Under the pieces are notes generated by a model. It saw only the letters and a program-made list of their open reading frames with translations. It did not search any database and was not told where the DNA came from. From Podarcis bocagei (taxonomy: Eukaryota): DNA of 64,000 nucleotides. Below, piece by piece: positions 36,186 to 49,744 of the stretch (position 1 is the stretch's first letter; every line of letters starts with the position of its first letter). The position numbers and the translations under genes are program-made. Where the stretch lies: the NCBI GenBank assembly GCA_964188305.1, contig OZ076890.1. One strand, 5' to 3'.

Positions 36186-36689
36186 CCTTCACAGTACACA
36201 TTTAAAGCACTTCTGCCTATCCTTGGCTGCTGTTTTTCTATTCCTTGGCCCTGCCTGAATCTTAAAGTCTGTGGTGTTTCTGTCTGTCTTTACGTCTCCC
36301 TCTTCTCACTGGCCAGGATCAGATTTCATTCAGTAAATGAATCATAGTCTAGTGGAAACTCCCTATGAGCTCTGCCAACAATTGCAAAGTTGATGAAAGA
36401 ACTATTTTTCAGCCAGAGTTTTGAGGAGTTTCTATTGGCTCAGTCCACTCTAGGCAAAAGCTGAGGCCTATGGCTTCACAGTTTGCAGAGAAGTGTGTTT
36501 AAATTCCCAAAAGCGATCTAGTTGCGGTTTAGGCAGTGCAGGTTGCTAGCATTTACTAAGGAGAATGACACCTGCCAATGTATCTAATATCGTCACCAGG
36601 AGCTTTGTATCTCCTGGTTGTTATTCCAGGTAGTCGCACCTTTGATATTTCTAAAAATGCTGCATTTGTTTCTCTGTTTTGTTCCACAG

Positions 36690-37541
36690 CAACTGGTATA
36701 AAGGTCCATACTGCCTCTGATTCAGGAGATGGTGCATAGCCATCCTGGCTAGTATTTTATTTTGTCAGCCCTTTGTCCTCCAACATACAGTTTCATTCAA
36801 TGACCCTGGCATCTAGTATTGCAAGACAGGGTGAAAAATCTAGTCACTTGGTTCACTTCAGTCATGCCCCTCGTTTTACCGTTTCTTTAAACTAAAAACG
36901 CCCAAATGTAACCTCTTCTCATAGGAAACATCCAAACATTGGATTTGCACAACTTCTAGTGTGACAGAAAAAACTTCCCCCTATCCACTTTCTTCACAGC
37001 ATGCATAATTTTATGCCCCTCATTCATTTACTCACCATTTCTCTGAACTATATTAAAAAACCCAAACGTTGTCACCTTTCCTCATTTGGGAGATGCTCCA
37101 TCCGTCTGCCCATTTCTGAAACTTCCACAGCTTTACCATATCCTTTTTGAGGTGAGATGAGCAGAACTATACAGAGGATTCCAAGTGTGGTTGTACCATA
37201 GATTTGAATAATTGTAATATAATATTGGCAGGTTTATTTTCAGTCCCTTTTGTAATGATCCCTAGTGTGGAATTTGTATTTTTTTAAAAATCTTACTTAA
37301 GGTATCTGCTATGGCCCCAAGGTGTTGCTCCTGGGAAGTCACTGCCAGTTTAGACCCAATGAGGCCTCAAAATGCATTACTTAACACTTGCTTTCATTGA
37401 ACTGCCCTTGCCACTTTACTGCCCATTCACCTAGTTTGGAAAGATCCTTTCATGGCTCTTCACAACCACTTTTTTTATTTAGCTTACTGAACAATTTGGT
37501 TCCATCAGCAACTTGACTACCTCCCTGCTCACCCTTAATTC

Positions 37542-37592
<51 letters not shown>

Positions 37593-37780
37593 AAACCGCT
37601 GTGTGATCTTTAGATGAAGGGCAGTACTGTATATAAATTTAATAAATAACAACTCTAGATAATTTATGATCTAGATAAAAAGCACAGGTCCCAACATCCC
37701 CAGGGAGCTCCACTTTGACATCCCTCCGTTGGGAGACTTGTCTATTTATTCATACTCTCTGCTTCCTATTCCTTACCTAG
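36690..37780 (-). mobile_element. Old fragmented CR1 LINE
   Basis: Reverse-complement similarity to the CR1 at 56405-57235, for example TTCCAAGTGTGGTTGTACCATAGATTTG. Confidence 0.65.
37542..37592. repeat. (GTT)n microsatellite
   Basis: Seen directly. Confidence 0.97.
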
Positions 37781-38910
37781 TTACCTCCATGACTACTAGT
37801 CTGATACTCCAGCCACTATGCCACACTGGCTCTCTGCAGTACGAAGCCTAACGGTTTCTGCAAGTTAAGTAATTGTTGTATGCAAAAAGGAGGGAAAAGT
37901 AGCCCTAAACATTCAGATGTTTTCTGCGGCCGTCTTCTGGAAAGGCAATTGTAGCACTAGAAAACAGAGGAATGGAAGCGGACCTCATTTTTAACAGTGA
38001 GGTTTCTGGGACCCTGCTAGATCTTTTTGGTCATTGTGAGGCCTTGCAGGATTGGGTAGGAATGTATGAAGAAAACAGCACCTCTGGCATGCAACAACAT
38101 TTCCTTCCTCCATTCCACGTAAAATTTTCTTTGCATTGCTGTGCATCCGTAGCACACAAAACCTGCCACAGTCCCACCAACAAGTTTCTAGCATTCTACA
38201 CACAGAGACAGCAAGAGAAAATTAGTTGTCTCCCATAATTCAGGGAACCGTTTGTTTATTATTTGCCCTTGTATTTTTAGCCCGCCCTTCACCAAATGGC
38301 CCTAGGGCAAGTTGCAAAAATGTAACAAGTAAAAACAAATAAATTTTACATTGAAACGATAAAATAAAACCACAAAGCAACTTAATGACAGAATAACAGA
38401 AAAGCAATGCAGTGCTGTGCAGAAGGAAGGAAGGAAGACATCCATTCAACTAAAGATCTGGATAAAGTGCTTAGAAAACCACCTTTATGGAACAAATGGG
38501 CTTACATTATGGGATGGGGGTAGGGAAATGACACAACAAAATATTGGGTCATTTGACCTCAATGGGCAGTTTTACTTGAGTAGGATTTGTTTCCAATTCC
38601 AAGCATAATCATTTAGGAAGGATTAATGTGCTTGATTGGGGATCCTTCCTTCATGTACAGGTGAAAGAACATGCAGTGTTATCATACCGTAGGCCAGGGG
38701 AAAGCTCATGGATCTTGGCCCTTTCCATGAGCTTGAAGGTGGTGTACAATGTGGTACTTTAAAGGTGGAGAACGTGTGGCGACTATATCCATGAACCCTC
38801 AAGCACCTAGACCTTGCCTAGTAGCTACACAAAACACCATTGTATGATCCAGACATCTATCAGGATTAAGAAAGATATTGCCCAGACTCAAGTAAACATT
38901 ATGGTATATT

Positions 38911-39155
38911 AAGAAGAAGAGTTTGGATTTGATATCCCGCTTTATCACTACCCGAAGGAGTCTCAAAGCGGCTAACATTCTCCTTTCCCTTCCTCCCCCA
39001 CAACAAACACTCTGTGAGGTGAGTGGGGCTGAGAGACTTCAGAGAAGTGTGACTGGCCCAAGGTCACCCAGCAGCTGCATGTGGAGGAGCGGAGACGCGA
39101 AACCGGTTCCCCAGATTACGAAACTACCGCTCTTATCCACTACACCACACTGGCT
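38911..39155 (-). mobile_element. Squam3-type SINE
   Basis: Reverse complement of 13145-13400. Confidence 0.8.
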
Positions 39156-41199
39156 TAAATAAGATGTTTGCGGGTTGCCTTATTGGCTTCTGTGTTTGTA
39201 GGAAATATTCTTCTCCAGTGCATATTATATATTATTGTTAGTTTATTAATCACCTTCTAAACTAACGTCTCAAGGTGATGCACTCTGCAGTTAATTAAAA
39301 ACACTTAACAACACCCAACGAGGAATTACATTTAAAACAAAACTAAAACCCCACAAAGGAGACACTTGGGGTGAAGTCCTATTTATCCAGCTGGGGAAAC
39401 CTGTATGTCTTGGTTGAAAAAGTGTATCAGTGTACATTTACAAGTGTATCTGCATCACTTATCACTCTCTTTTCCTGTTTTTGCCCTTCCTAATCTAGCA
39501 CATTTTCCGTCTTTCCCTTGTGCCTGTGTGTCTCCTCTGTTGCTTCTCTGTCTTGTCTGAGTGTATTTCCTGCCTTGCAAGGATTTAGAATTCCATCCAG
39601 CCAACTTGGCTTTCCTTTCTGCTGCCGTGTATGCAAAATGGAACGATGAATGCAAGTGATTGATTAAAGAAAGAAAAAAGAGAAAGAGAAAGAAAATGCT
39701 TTAGGCCCAGGTTTGCTGCTTCCACCCCCACCCCCCTTAAAGGGCCTCTTTTTTTCAGCTTGGCTCCAAGAAAATTATCTCCAGTAGTTCAAGCCAGCAG
39801 AGGCCCTGCATGGGCCCAGTGTTCATCAAGCCCAGGTGTGTTATAGCTCTGCATGGCTGTCAGCCTTAGAACATGAGCCTCCCTTAGAGCAATGTACTCC
39901 CTGCCAAGTGATCGGAAAGAACCGTGGGGGGCCAGCCAGGGCAGGTGTCGGATTTCTGCCTGCAGAAAGGAATGAAGTTGTGCCGTCTGAAATCCCACAA
40001 CTTGGGAGAGCCACAAACCTTATCAGGATTCAGATTCTGGCTGCGATAGTTTTCCTTTATTGAACTTTCTCTCTCCCCCCCCCCTTTCTTCCCCCTCTCA
40101 TCTGTTTTCTTTGACACTGGTCCCAGGACCACTGCCAAATCTCAGATCCATTAGTGAGGTGCCTTGCTGACTGAAGCACAAATCAGGATGGATCCAAACG
40201 CAATTAGCAGCTGCTAGCACCTCATCTGGAAGGCATTAGCTTGGATTAGGGGCGAGGGGAGAGAAAAGAGGGAGCGCCTGGAGATGCCAAACTGAATAAA
40301 TGCTAGCTTATTTCGATCATATTTTGAAACACTCTCCATGCAGCCAGTGACGCACATAGAGGTGGCAGTGTAAGCAGGAAGGGATGGAAACGTGAAGGGT
40401 AGGATAGAACGGTTGTGCCAACTTGCCAGCTCCTTTTAGATGCTTTAGAACCCACACGCTCTTTTGAATGATGATTATGAAGTAAGATGGTGCTGATGAT
40501 GAGGCAATATGAAAGCCACAGTTGTGAAGGGCAATTTTGGAGCAGCAAATTTTAGCCCCATTTTGTCCCAAAATGTCAACCTTGAGCCCTAATGTTGGCA
40601 GCTCCAGCCTCCTGTGGCGAAAGGAACAAGAGAAATATCTCCAAGGCAACATGCAGGTAAACTTGACAAGTCAGGACACATTATTCTCACAGATAAAAGA
40701 GAAGGAATTGGTCCTGGAGCATGTAATCCAAAGCCAATTCACATCATCACCACCACCACCACCACTTACAATTCCTTCAACCAAGGGAGACCCTGTATCC
40801 CTCCAGAAGCTGTTGTACTCCACCTCCCATCAGCCTGACTCAGCATGGCCAATAGGGATGAAGGGAGTTGTAGGCCAACATCAGAAGACCTACAGATTCC
40901 CCAGCCCTGATTTATAGGGGGTTTTTTGGGGGGGTGGTTAAGAATTGGGCTTGGACCTTTTAAGCAGCATGGGACTAGCCTCCCTTGCTGTATAGAGTAT
41001 TCTTAACAGGAAATACAGTGTTATTGGAAGACATTTGTAACTTCTGATTGCTTTGCAATGTATTATATTACCATACCCTCCAACATGGTGAGCCAAAACT
41101 GGGACATGCATCTTCCTTTCTGTGCTCCCATGCAAGTCACATGAACAGCATGAGATGATGGAGCCCCAAAGAGGCACTTTTTAAAAGGTCATGCTCTTA

Positions 41200-41557
41200 A
41201 AGGTACCCCTGTAAAGGGACCCCTGACCATTGGGTCCAGTTGTGACCTACTCTGGGGTTGTGGCACTCATGTCGCTTTATTGGCCGAGAGAGCCAGCGTA
41301 CAGCTTCCGGGTCATGTGGCCAGCATGACTAAGCCGCTTCTGGCGAACCAGAGCAGCGCACGAAAACGCCATTTACCTTCCTGCCACAGCAGTACCTATT
41401 TATCTACTTGCACTTTGAGGTGCTTTCGAACTGCTAGGTTGGCAGGAGCAGGGACGGAGCAACGGGAGCTCACCCCGTCGCAGGGATTTGATCCACCGAC
41501 CTTCTGATTGGCAAGTCCTAGGCTCTGTGATTTAACCCACAACACCACCTGTGTCCC
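41200..41557 (-). mobile_element. Sauria (Squam1) SINE
   Basis: Reverse complement of the family. TSD GTCATGCTCTTA at 41188-41199 and 41559-41570. Confidence 0.9.
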
Positions 41558-42011
41558 TGTCATGCTCTTATGGTGCTCCAAAACATGAGTTTGGGCCACT
41601 GCACAAGATCACAGCCTTGGAAAAAGCCCTGAATGCACAATATCACAACACCCAAAATGGCCACTGTGCTTTTGCGGGGGGGAGGGGGCAGGGGAGATCT
41701 GTTTTTCCGAGACACTTGTGTGGTATGTATTACTTTCTATGATATGAGTTGTTTATTTTAAATGCTAAAAAAGAGAGGAAACACATCACCTCCCTAAAGA
41801 GGACATAAAACTTGCAAATGTAGAATGAGTTACTATTATAGAAATACAGAGCACCTTACTGTAGTGAGGTGATTGTGACCAGGTGAGCTGCGTGCTTGCT
41901 CAGTCCAAGTGCTGTTGATGGGCAGCTTCAAGGCCCCTGATCTCTCTCTTCTTATGCTCCTTTGTCTTTAAACTGGGCTTGGACTGGATATTTCCTTCAA
42001 ATAGTGGATAA

Positions 42012-42362
42012 GTAAAGGTAAAGGGACCCCTGACCATTAGGTCCAGTCGTGACCGACTCTGGGGTTGCGGCGCCCATCTCACTTTATTGGCCGAGGGAGC
42101 CAGCGTACAGCTTCCGGGTCATGTGGCCAGCATGACTAAGCGGCTTCTGGTGAACCAGAGCAGTGCACGGAAACGCCGTTTCCCTTCCCGCCGGAGCGGT
42201 ACCTATTTATATACTTGCACTTTGATGTGCTTTCAAACTGCTAGGTGGGCAGGAGCAGGGACCAACAACGGGAGCTCACCCCGTCGCAGGGATTCGAACC
42301 GCCGACCTTCAGATCGGCAAGCCCTAGGCTCTGTGGTTTAACTCACAGCACCACCCGTGTCC
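42012..42362 (-). mobile_element. Sauria (Squam1) SINE
   Basis: Reverse-complement copy with an AAAGGTAAAGGG tail on the + strand. Confidence 0.9.
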
Positions 42363-43052
42363 TTCAAATATAGTCCTCAATAAATTAGGACCCATGGCCA
42401 CCCTACTGAGGAGAGAGAGGCCACAGCCTGAGAGTTACAAAACCTTTAACAAAACTTAACATTGGTTTAGAGACAGCGGTACTGTGAGTGATCCCAAAAT
42501 TGGGAAGCATGCAGGGGCTGTCTGGAAGCATAAACATGATGACCCTAACTTAATAAAGCGAGGCATCCCTGCCAGGGAAAAATCAGTTTTCCCATTCTGT
42601 TGTGCATATTGATTTTAATGGGCTCACAGCTAACCTAGGTCCAGACATTCCCAGCAGGAGATATTGCAGTTAAAAACATTGGCAGTGGGTGGCACAAAGC
42701 TAATCCAAGCTCATACCAATTTTTGCAGAAGGCAAAGCTGCGTGCCATCCAGAATGGTGAACTTTGCCAAGTCAGTGAGAACTTTGTTGTGAATACTAGT
42801 TTCGGCTCCAAGCAACACAGGAAATGTGTATGTGGACTGTCTGTGTTGGTGGTACAGTAGCAAGTTTCTTAGCTTTTTAAACATATTTTTTTATGAAAAG
42901 ATTTTTTTTCATTGCTCTTGTAGGAATTGAAGCCACTCATACAGGTAATCAGTGTCTGCATTCTCCTACAGAGGAAGATCAGTATCTTTTCTGAGTACTG
43001 CCACATATGATCTACAAATAGGAACACTCCTGGTGGGTCTCAATGATGCTAG

Positions 43053-43293
43053 TAGTGGTACCTCAGGTTACATATGCTTCAGGTTACATACGCTTCAGGT
43101 TACAGACTCTGCTAACCCAAAATAGTGCTTCAGGTTAAGAATTTTGCTTCAGGATGAGAACAGAAATCGTGCTCCGGTGGTGCAGCGGCAGGAGGAGGCC
43201 CCATTAGCTAAAGTGGTGCTTCAGGTTAAGAACAGTTTCAGGTTAAGAACGGACCTCCGGAACGAATTAAGTACTTAACCCGAGGTACCACTG
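43053..43293. mobile_element. Tc1/mariner-pogo MITE, family A
   Basis: Near-identical to 3569-3790. TIR (T)AGTGGTACCTC/GAGGTACCACTG. Confidence 0.85.
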
Positions 43294-43861
43294 TAAATTG
43301 AAGCAGCTGCCATAGATGTTGGGGTTGTGGGAAATGAGAGTTCAGTGGGAAGGTTCAGGGTTTACCATAGGGGTCAAAGACTTGCTTTCGGATATATTCA
43401 GAATTAAGCTTCAAAAAAGCGGTGCATTGAAAGTGCATTTGCTGTTGTGACTTGCTCTTGAGGAGTAATCATGAGGAATAATCACACATGGACACGGCTT
43501 AGGGAAGATCTACAACATCACCAGCATACGTCTCTTCTCCCGGGATTTGTCTAAACGGGGGCATTATCATACGAAGAAGTTCAGATATTTTATGTGTGCA
43601 ATTGGCACATGATATTCCACCCACTACTGTTTTTTTCACTCGCCATATGCATTGCTATTACAGTGCTTGTTGTTGATAACACTGGGTGGAGCCTTGCAGA
43701 AAATATCCTGAATATGCTGTGTATTCATCTCCTGCTTACAGGATTAAACTGTAGTTTGCTTGTTCTTAAAAAAAAAAGATTATTTTTTACACAGTTCTGA
43801 TTTGACAGAACTGTGTGAGATCTATATTAATGAAAACAAATTGGGGCTGCTTAGTGCTCTC

Positions 43862-43863
<2 letters not shown>

Positions 43864-43900
<37 letters not shown>
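43864..43900. repeat. (GT)n microsatellite
   Basis: Seen directly. Confidence 0.97.
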
Positions 43901-43901
<1 letters not shown>

Positions 43902-44418
43902 TGCATGCTCTGAATTTTCTGTAAATTAACATAATTCCATTCTCCCAGACTTCTCCAATTGATGTCCAACTTCAATTAAAGCACTTTAAAGCACCTTGGG
44001 ATCCAGATGTGCTATACCTGCAAAAAGTATTTTAGCACTAAGTAAAAGACTACTTTTTTAAAAAATAAACAGAGTACAGTAATAAAATGGCCCCCACCGC
44101 CAGAGTTAACAGTGAATGTGTGCTGAGGTTCAAACGCGCACACCCACAACAACTGTGCAACACTAATTGGTATGGACAGAACATAGTGGGGTGTTCACAT
44201 AAAGAAAGCCCAATATTCTCAATAGTGTGGAAAGTCGATTGCAATTCTGCTTGCTTCATAAAAAAGGAAGAGCAAATAGGGAGTGGTGCTAGGAGCCACT
44301 TATTTAGAGGCTGTCAGACTTCACGTTGCTGATAAACAAACCCATTGCAACTGCCACCAGAATGCCATGAGAGCTGGTATGGTGTGTGATGGTTAAAGTG
44401 TTGGATAAGGCTTTATAG

Positions 44419-44554
44419 CAGGCATAGGCAAACTCGGCCCTCCAGATGTTCTGGGAGTACAACTCCCACCATCCCTAGCTAACAGGACCAGTGGTCAGGG
44501 ATGATGGGAGTTGTAGTCCCAGAACATCTGGAGGACTGAGTTTGCCTATGCCTG
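44419..44554. mobile_element. hAT MITE (same family as 24352-24487)
   Basis: Near-identical sequence. TSD CTTTATAG/ATTTATAG. Confidence 0.9.
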
Positions 44555-46470
44555 ATTTATAGGACCCATAGGAACATGCCGTTAGCAAAGTCACTTAAAT
44601 TGTTTTGGTGCTGTTTAAGAACGATGTCTAAGACACTGCAGCAGGAGCTAATTTATGGAAGAATGCTAGCAGGAGTCTTGTTCTGTTATTCATTTTAGAA
44701 GATATTCTTGCCAATCCCCGTCTGTACACAGCAGTGGAATTTCTTCAGAATTGTGAAGGAGAATGATGGCCTAAATAAGCATTGGTTGCTGAGCTACTGG
44801 ACTCAACATCAAGAAGGAAGAGCATTTGTTTTGGGTGGTCCAGGTCAGTAAAAAGTTGGAGCAATGAGATGAAATGAAATGAAATGAAATGAAGCAGAGT
44901 AAAATGTAGGCAGAATATCAGAAGTTTCTTAGAATTAGCTCCAGGAAAGAAATGTTTGTTAAAAGTTTTGAAGACTGTCCATTCAATATTGTGACTGATA
45001 TCTCCTTCCTGACTGATGTTAGACTGGCGCCTTTCTTGCTGAACTTCAGGCACATGGCAAAAACTCTTATTCCAGCAGGCATTTTAAGGTACTGTTTGGT
45101 TTGATTATGACTTTTTATTATTTTATTTGCTATAGGGTTTATTTTTATATACATGGCTTAGAAATGTAATTAAGCAATATATAAAGGTCTTAAGCAGGAC
45201 ATTTGATTCTTCTGCTTGCTTTGAGATGGAGGCCCATATAGTGCTTTAGAGATGAACCCAGTGGGTGGTATAGCCAGGAACATATTACTTCATTTCATAC
45301 CCATGTAACAAAACATGTGCCCTTAAAATATAGGTAGACTGTTGAACCAACAACTTTACCTGTTGCTGTCTAAGAGGCAAAAGACATGCAGTTATATCTG
45401 ATGGGCTTGCTCATCCTCTTGTGGTTGTGGTTTTTATATATGGATTTAGAACGAGAGCCCGACTTATCCCAAAAACTCATGAAAGGTTACTGTTAACATG
45501 CCCCTCAAAGCTATGTTTCTGCCTGTCCTAAAGGCTTTATTGTAGCTAACAGCAATGCTGTCTTCTGGGGGTACTCAGGGGTACACAGTACTGGCACTGC
45601 CCCCCCAGGAAGAGCACTGGCTAACAGGATTACTGAAAGGTGCTGTCCATGTCGAGGGGGAATTTTTTTAGCTCTTAATCAAGCAGGCAGGGGCCATGTT
45701 AGATCAACATCTTAGCTAGCCTAGCCATGCAATCCACCTGCTGTCCCTTTTCTTTGGCTATGTCCCACACTGATTTCAAGTTTAACTTCTTCATCCCAGA
45801 AGAGCCAGGACAGTGAGTGTTCCTAATGTAATGGGTGAGAAGGATAATACTACATGGAGGTGCTGGTTGCCACCAGCAATAGTTGACTTAGAGCCCGGTG
45901 CTGTGGGACAAGTAGGGACAAGGAAGAAATTTTATTCAGTTCACATTTAAGGGTGCATCTATAAAATTTACACTTTCCAGAACAATGCACAAACTGAAAA
46001 TTGAAATTCTCACTTCTCAGATTTTTGCAGGGCAGTTTTCTGCTTAAGTAGTTTTACAGAAATGCATATATGAAGGCAAATGCAAAATGCAGAAACTGCT
46101 TTGAGGTGTGCTTTTTCTACAATCAAGACGTATATAAATTTTATGAAACAAATTTTTATGAAACAAATAAACAGATCTGTTAGTGAAAATAACATACCAA
46201 ATGCTTTATATCAGGGAAAACTGCTTTGCAAAAATGTGTTATCTTCGGCAACAGTACATACAAAAATATGTATATCAGGAGAAATTGCTCTAAAACGTTG
46301 GTAAATTTTCACAAGGACTTTTTTAAAAAAAGACTGTAAACTTACATGGGTATGTGGAGAACTTAAAATTGAAAAATGAGAAACCAAGAGAAACCAAAAT
46401 GGACAGATTCAATCAAGAGAGTTGACAGCTAAAAACAGGATGAAGTAAATACTCCCCACATTAAATGTGG

Positions 46471-46660
46471 GGGGGATCATAGCTCAATGGTAGAGCACAT
46501 ACTTTCAGTGCAACAGACTTCAGGTGCAATCCCTGGTATTTCCAGTTAAAAGGATCAATGAAATGCCTCAGCCCGAGGCCCTAGAGAACTAATGCCAATC
46601 AGAAAAAGCATAACTGGGCTAAATAGATAGTCTTGCCTGATATAACGTAAATATTCTGTA
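46471..46660 (+). mobile_element. Degenerate Squam2/AnolisSINE2-type tRNA-derived SINE
   Basis: TAGCTCAATGGTAGAGCA (A box) and CAGGTGCAATCCCTGG (B box) followed by a decayed body. Confidence 0.6.
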
Positions 46661-47985
46661 TTTAAATAGTGACAGATTCTAGGACCACTAAGGCCGAAAT
46701 CCTGAACACACTTTAAGAATATGCAAACTAAAAAAGAGCCTTGTCAGGTCAAATCAAAGGCCCATCTAGCCCAGTGTCCTGTTCATACAATAGCCAGCCA
46801 AATGCCAACTAGATGCCAACGAAAAACCCACAAGCAGGACCCAAGCACAACAAACAGCACTCTCCTGTTTGTGTTCTTCCACCACAACCAATATTCAGAG
46901 CCACACTGCTTAAGGAAGTCCCACTGTGCATAGTGAGCTTACTCCTGAGTAGAGTTGATAAGTTTGCTCTGTAGGGGGTATTTTACAGGGAGATAAAGTG
47001 GTTGTGAAGGATAAAATGTCTTCTATCGGTGAAGTATCTGTAATGCAAAGCAGCCTTCCACGAGTAGGTAAAATCTGGCATGCTTGATGTAATGAAGTGG
47101 GAACATGATCAGCCAGAAAAGACAAAGAAAGGGGGAAGGGAGAGTCAACTTGAAGATGAACTAAGGAAGCTAGCAAGTCTCTTTCATCTCATAGTCCGAG
47201 GGTTTGCTAAACCCATTAACATACTTGCATGAACCCCTCCCTAGCAACTAAGCAGAGAAGAGACAATTTGGTTCACTTCTGCTGAGGCAGTGTGGCGGAC
47301 AGGAGCAATGGGATTTGGTCTGACCTAGCAATTTTGTGGGTCACCATGCAGTCCATGGAATGTTTTGCGTTGCAGAAAAAGAAAGAGGCAGGTGTTTTTT
47401 TGTTTTGTTTTTTTGAAAAAGAAAGATTTCTTTCTTCTTTGAGGTGGGCTGAGGGGACTTAAAACACTGTGGAGATTTCCTGACATGCTCATTGAGGTGC
47501 CTCCCATAGCTCTACATTTGGTAACCAGTGCATAGGTTGGTTGGTGGGAGATTTGTCCCCACCACCACCCCACATGATTTCTGGGGGATTCCTGACAGAA
47601 GTCATCAAGGCTGCCTTTTATCAGAGCTGTACACTTTAGTAAGTCTGTTATTGCTCACACACAATGTGCTTCATGCCGGATTAATCCAACTATGATTCAC
47701 ACTCAGGATGTGAGCAGAAGGAGGGGAAGACAAGTTGAAAAGATTAGGAAAGTTAAACAACCTCACATCTTGAAAATGGAATTTATGTTTTAAAATATAA
47801 ACTTTAGAAGCAAAGAAACATTGAGCCTGCATCATTCAAATTTCAAGTTTATTAAGCTGCCAAAAAAGGGAGGAGCACTGATCATAGCAACAAAGACAAA
47901 CAGAAGCAAATAAATACATTACGAAGTCTTTGAACATGGTAGACAAGGGCCAGTTAAAATGGCCATTCTTAACTGTGGTGGACTG

Positions 47986-48045
<60 letters not shown>

Positions 48046-48047
48046 TC
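47986..48047. repeat. (CTTT)n microsatellite
   Basis: Seen directly. Confidence 0.97.
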
Positions 48048-48449
48048 CATATTGTATTTTACAGAGAGGCCAAGTTATCTGAATAGTTTGCTACAAGCAC
48101 AAATTGTGACTTACCATGCTTGCCACACAACACATTTTTGGAAGCCGCTTTCAGATGTTCTAGTGAATGTATATGGAAGAGAGAGACCCTGACCCTAACT
48201 TACGTTCATGGTTATAATATTTGCAGAGATTCCCCATAGTCACAACTATGCACGCAGAAGATTCTCTCTGCTCATGGTTTTCACTTTTGAGGACAAAGTT
48301 GCTCAACTCTGCAGCACCTTGCAAGCCATGTTGTGAATCTAGTTGAGGTGTTCAATGCAGTGTCTCCCCATACTCTGTGGGACTGATTTCAGTTTATGAG
48401 GCTCGGTGCTGCGGACAAGACTCTTGCAATGATGAATGCCAGTTGGGAA

Positions 48450-48990
48450 GGGTTGATCAGATGGGTCCAGGCTATAGTGAATGTTTCTTTATGTGACAGA
48501 GTGGTGCCTTCTTCCATTAAACACTTGTGAAGAAGCCCGCTCTAGATCCTATGGTTTATAACAACTACCACCTGGTTGCAAATACCAGGTGGTAGAGAAG
48601 GATATATTCCTGGAGGATATATACAGTATTACCTGGGGTCAGGTGTGGTTTGGGGGCTGAATCATGACCCATACCAAGAGTGATATAGAGAGGGTGTGAC
48701 TCTGCTTCTCAGTCTCTTGGCAGCTCTTGATACCATTGACCATGGTATCCTCTTGGATTGGATTTGTGGGATGTGTATTGGTGGTTCTGATCCTACCTAC
48801 AAGGTCATATCCAGAGTGTAGCATTGGGAAACTGTGTTTCAGCTCCATGGTCCTTGCACTGTGGTGTGCCACAGGGTACCATCTTGTCCCCAGTGCTGTT
48901 TAACATTTTCATCAAGCCACTGGGCACAGTTATTCAGAATTTTGAGGCAAAGTGTGATCAATATGCTGATGACACACAACTCTGCTTCCC
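48450..48990 (+). mobile_element. L2-clade LINE reverse-transcriptase fragment
   Basis: Translation GVPQGTILSPVLFNIFIKPLG...QYADDTQL contains the RT YADD motif. Upstream sequence is frameshifted. Confidence 0.85.
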
Positions 48991-49067
48991 ATCAGGCACA
49001 GCCAACATGGCCCAATGGTCAGGTATGATGGAAAATCTGTGGTCTAAAAACACATAATGCAGCCATT

Positions 49068-49128
49068 TTGCTGAAGCTAAACAGTTCTCTATGTGGTCAG
49101 TGCCTGGATGGAAGTCTGCTTGGGAAAG
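49068..49128 (+). mobile_element. 5S rRNA-derived SINE or pseudogene fragment
   Basis: GAAGCTAAACAG...TGGTCAGTGCCTGGATGGAAGTCTGCTTGGGAA resembles the 5S internal control region (GAAGCTAAGCAG...TGGTTAGTACTTGGATGGGAGACCGCCTGGGAA). Confidence 0.55.
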
Positions 49129-49405
49129 CTATATATTAGGGATGCGGAGCCTGTATCCCTTCAGATGGCAGGCTGCTGAGCTCTACATCCAAAAACACAA
49201 TGATCACTTCCTCAACTGAACCAGCAATGTTCCTTGTGGAGAAAGACCCTATGCCACCTACTTTTTCTGCAGCAGGTGGAGTTTTTTTCTGATAGATCTT
49301 CTGTCCAGAAAGAAGATTTCAAACCTGAGATTAGAGAGTGTTCAGGATGGATGAGTTGTTAATGCTTGCAGTTGTGTCAACCTCCCAGCACCTTCGAGCT
49401 GCCTA

Positions 49406-49744
49406 AAGGTAAAGGGACCCCTGACCATTAGGTCCAGTCGTGACCGACTCTGGGGTTGTGGCGCTCATCTCACTTTATTGGCTGAGGGAGTCGGCGTACA
49501 GTTTCCGGATCATGTGGCCAGCAAGACTAAGCCGCTTCTGGCGAACCAGAGCAGTGCACGGAAACGCCGTTTACCTTCCCGCCTATTTATCTACTTGCAC
49601 TTTGATGTGCTTTCAAACTGCTAGGTTGGCAGGAGCAGGGACTGAGCAACGGGAGCTCACCCCGTCACGGGGATTCGAACTGCTGACCTTCTGATCGGCA
49701 AGTCCTAGGCCCTGTGGTTTAACCCACAGCGCCACCCGCGTCCC
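49406..49744 (-). mobile_element. Sauria (Squam1) SINE
   Basis: TSD TTCGAGCTGCCTA at 49393-49405 and 49745-49757. Confidence 0.92.

Noticed and set aside
38700-38736. 11-bp hairpin AAGCTCATGGA/TCCATGAGCTT
   Set aside because: It is isolated, too short for a pre-miRNA and has no other support.
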